A stretch of DNA of 64,000 nt from the NCBI GenBank assembly GCA_965221125.1, contig CBDCRW010000006.1, positions 672,001-736,000 of the forward strand, written 5' to 3'. Shown piece after piece: positions 62,000 through 64,000 of the stretch. Positions within the stretch are counted from its first letter, which is position 1. The number at the start of each line of letters is the position of its first letter. Under the pieces are notes generated by a model. It worked only from the letters and a program-made list of their open reading frames with translations. It was not told where the DNA came from and ran no database searches. The DNA comes from Alphaproteobacteria bacterium. Its GTDB lineage: Bacteria; Pseudomonadota; Alphaproteobacteria; UBA828. Position numbers and translations under genes: made by a program.

Positions 62000-63991
62000 T
62001 TAGCGGCGTCTCCGCCGCCTGCTCTGCCGGCGGGCGGCCGATGCGTCCTCCGCGGCGGGGAGCGTGACGTGCTGCGGCAGGTGGACGTAGTCCGCCGTGC
62101 CGTGGGGGATCGCCATGGCGTCGACGAAGTGGCGCTGGAAGGCGGGCTCGACGGCGGTCTCCACCTTCTCGATGCCGCGCACCACGGTCTCGATCTCCTC
62201 GCGCGCCGCGCTGTCGAGCAGCGCGATCAGCGCGCCAGTGCCGGCGGCGTTGCCCGCCGCACTCACCTTGTCGAGCGGGCAATCCGGGATCATGCCGAGG
62301 ACCATGGCGTAGAGCGGGTCGATATGGCTGCCGAAGGCGCCGGTCAGCACGACGCGGTCGACGCTCGCGATCTCGAAGCGGTCCATAAGCAGGCGCGCGC
62401 CCGCCATGAGCGCCGCCTTGGCCAGCTGGATCGCGCGCACGTCGTTCTGGTGGATGCAGATCTCGGGCGCGCCGGGATGGAGCACGTAGCGGAAGGTCCG
62501 TCCCTCCTCCACGACGCGCGCGGTCCTGGCCCGGGCGGCGCCGGCGATGGTGCCATCGGCGAGCAGGATGCCGGCGAGGTACATCTCGGCCAGCGCCTCG
62601 ATGATGCCCGAGCCGCAGATGCCGGTGGCGGCGGTCGCCTCGGCAAAGCCCTCCTCGTCGGACCAGAGGTCGCAGCCGATGACCCTGACCCTGGCCTCCA
62701 GCGTGTCTGGGTCGATGCGGACGCGCTCGATGGCGCCGGGTGCCGCACGCTGGCCCGCCACGATCTGCGCGCCCTCGAAGGCCGGGCCGGTGGGCGAGGA
62801 CGCGGCCAGCAGGCGCTCCCCGTTGCCGAGCACGATCTCGGCATTGGTGCCGACGTCGACGATCAGCACCGTTTCGTCCGAGCGGTGCGGCGCTTCGGAG
62901 AGCACGACGCCGGCCGCGTCCGCCCCCACGTGGCCCGCCACGCAGGGCAGCGCGTAGACCCGGCCGCCGGGGTTGATGTCGAGGTCGAGATCGCTGGCCC
63001 GCAGGTTGAGCCCGTCCGACCGCGCGAGGGCAAAGGGGGCGCCGCCCAGCTCGGTCGGGTCGATGCCGAGCAGCAGGTGGTGCATGATGGGGTTGCCGAC
63101 GAAGGCGGCGTCGAGAATGTCGCCACGCTCGATGCCCGCCTCGCCCGCGACCGCGCCGATCAGCGCGTTCACCGCGCCGCGCACGGCCTCGGTCAGCTCC
63201 GCCTCGCCGCCGGGGTTCATCATGACGTAGGAGACCCGGCTCATCAGGTCCTCGCCGAAGCGGATCTGCGGGTTCATGCGGCCCGCCGAGGCGACCACCG
63301 CGCCGCTCGAAAGCGCCGCCAGGTGGCAGGCGATGGTGGTGGAGCCGACGTCGAAGGCGGCGCCGAAAGCCCGGTCGCGGAAGCCGGGCCAGACGGCGAC
63401 GATGCGTGCGGCCCCGTGGACGGCGACCGTCACCGACCATTCGCCCGCGCGGAGCGCGCGCTGCAGGCCCTGCAGGACGTGCAGGTCGCACGCGAGGTCG
63501 CCCAGCCCCCACTGCTCGCCAAGCGCATCCGCGAGGCGTTCGAAGTCGCCGCGCGGGTTGTGCATGTCGGGCTCGGCGACCTCGACGTAGTGGAGCCGGA
63601 TCGCGGGGTCGGTGGTGTAGTCCCGCGCCTCGGCACGCTTGCGCACGACCTGCTTGTGGACCTGGCTCTCGGGCGGCACGTCGATGACGAGATCGCCCTG
63701 GATCAGCGCCGAGCAGCCGAGCCGGCGGCCCTCGGCGAGCGTGCGGCGGGCGGCGTAGCGCGCCTCCCTCTCGCCTGCCGGGCTCAGATGCTCGGGCGCG
63801 CTCTCGATCCCGAACTTGGCGAAGTGGCCCGCGCCGGCCTCCACCTGGCAGCGGCCGCAGAGGCCCCGCCCCCCGCACACCGAATCGAGATCGACATCGA
63901 GCTGCCGCGCGGCATCGAGGACCGAGGTGCCGGTGGGGAACCGCCCGCGCTTGCCGGACGGGGTGAAGACGACGAAGGCGGCGTCGCTCAT
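62000..63991 (-). CDS. Reductive activator of corrinoid proteins (RACo/RamA-like; 2Fe-2S + ASKHA domain)
   Basis: CGGRGLCGRC...RLGC ferredoxin motif, DVGSTT, DVGTNAE, GPAFEG, GICGSG and GAFG. Confidence 0.92.
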   Translation of the reverse strand: MSDAAFVVFTPSGKRGRFPTGTSVLDAARQLDVDLDSVCGGRGLCGRCQVEAGAGHFAKFGIESAPEHLSPAGEREARYAARRTLAEGRRLGCSALIQGDLVIDVPPESQVHKQVVRKRAEARDYTTDPAIRLHYVEVAEPDMHNPRGDFERLADALGEQWGLGDLACDLHVLQGLQRALRAGEWSVTVAVHGAARIVAVWPGFRDRAFGAAFDVGSTTIACHLAALSSGAVVASAGRMNPQIRFGEDLMSRVSYVMMNPGGEAELTEAVRGAVNALIGAVAGEAGIERGDILDAAFVGNPIMHHLLLGIDPTELGGAPFALARSDGLNLRASDLDLDINPGGRVYALPCVAGHVGADAAGVVLSEAPHRSDETVLIVDVGTNAEIVLGNGERLLAASSPTGPAFEGAQIVAGQRAAPGAIERVRIDPDTLEARVRVIGCDLWSDEEGFAEATAATGICGSGIIEALAEMYLAGILLADGTIAGAARARTARVVEEGRTFRYVLHPGAPEICIHQNDVRAIQLAKAALMAGARLLMDRFEIASVDRVVLTGAFGSHIDPLYAMVLGMIPDCPLDKVSAAGNAAGTGALIALLDSAAREEIETVVRGIEKVETAVEPAFQRHFVDAMAIPHGTADYVHLPQHVTLPAAEDASAARRQSRRRRRR

Positions 63992-64000
63992 GCCGTCACG

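Overview
A 64-kb window of very GC-rich (about 70%) chromosome, most likely alphaproteobacterial given the ppiD/tpiA-secG-pyrG-kdsA synteny and a SAM-II riboswitch. It contains a clade I nitrous oxide reductase cluster (nosR-nosZ-nosD) under an FNR-type box, B12-dependent metH behind a SAM-II riboswitch and terminator, many catabolic and transport genes, tRNA-Gly(CCC), tRNA-Val(CAC), and an MttB-family methyltransferase next to a corrinoid activator. The most interesting feature is a 3.37-kb IS-sized element (50127-53501) with four genes: a DUF5372-like ORF, an HTH protein, a small ORF and a large serine recombinase. Joining its two ends at a GC dinucleotide makes a palindromic attP-like site. 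The same join places the RBS and ATG from the right end in frame with the first ORF at the left end, so that gene appears complete only on the excised circle. A second accessory feature is a 1.2-kb low-GC islet with no integrase, inserted into an aminotransferase gene and duplicating its 3' end. All family assignments come from reading motifs by eye; no database searches were run.
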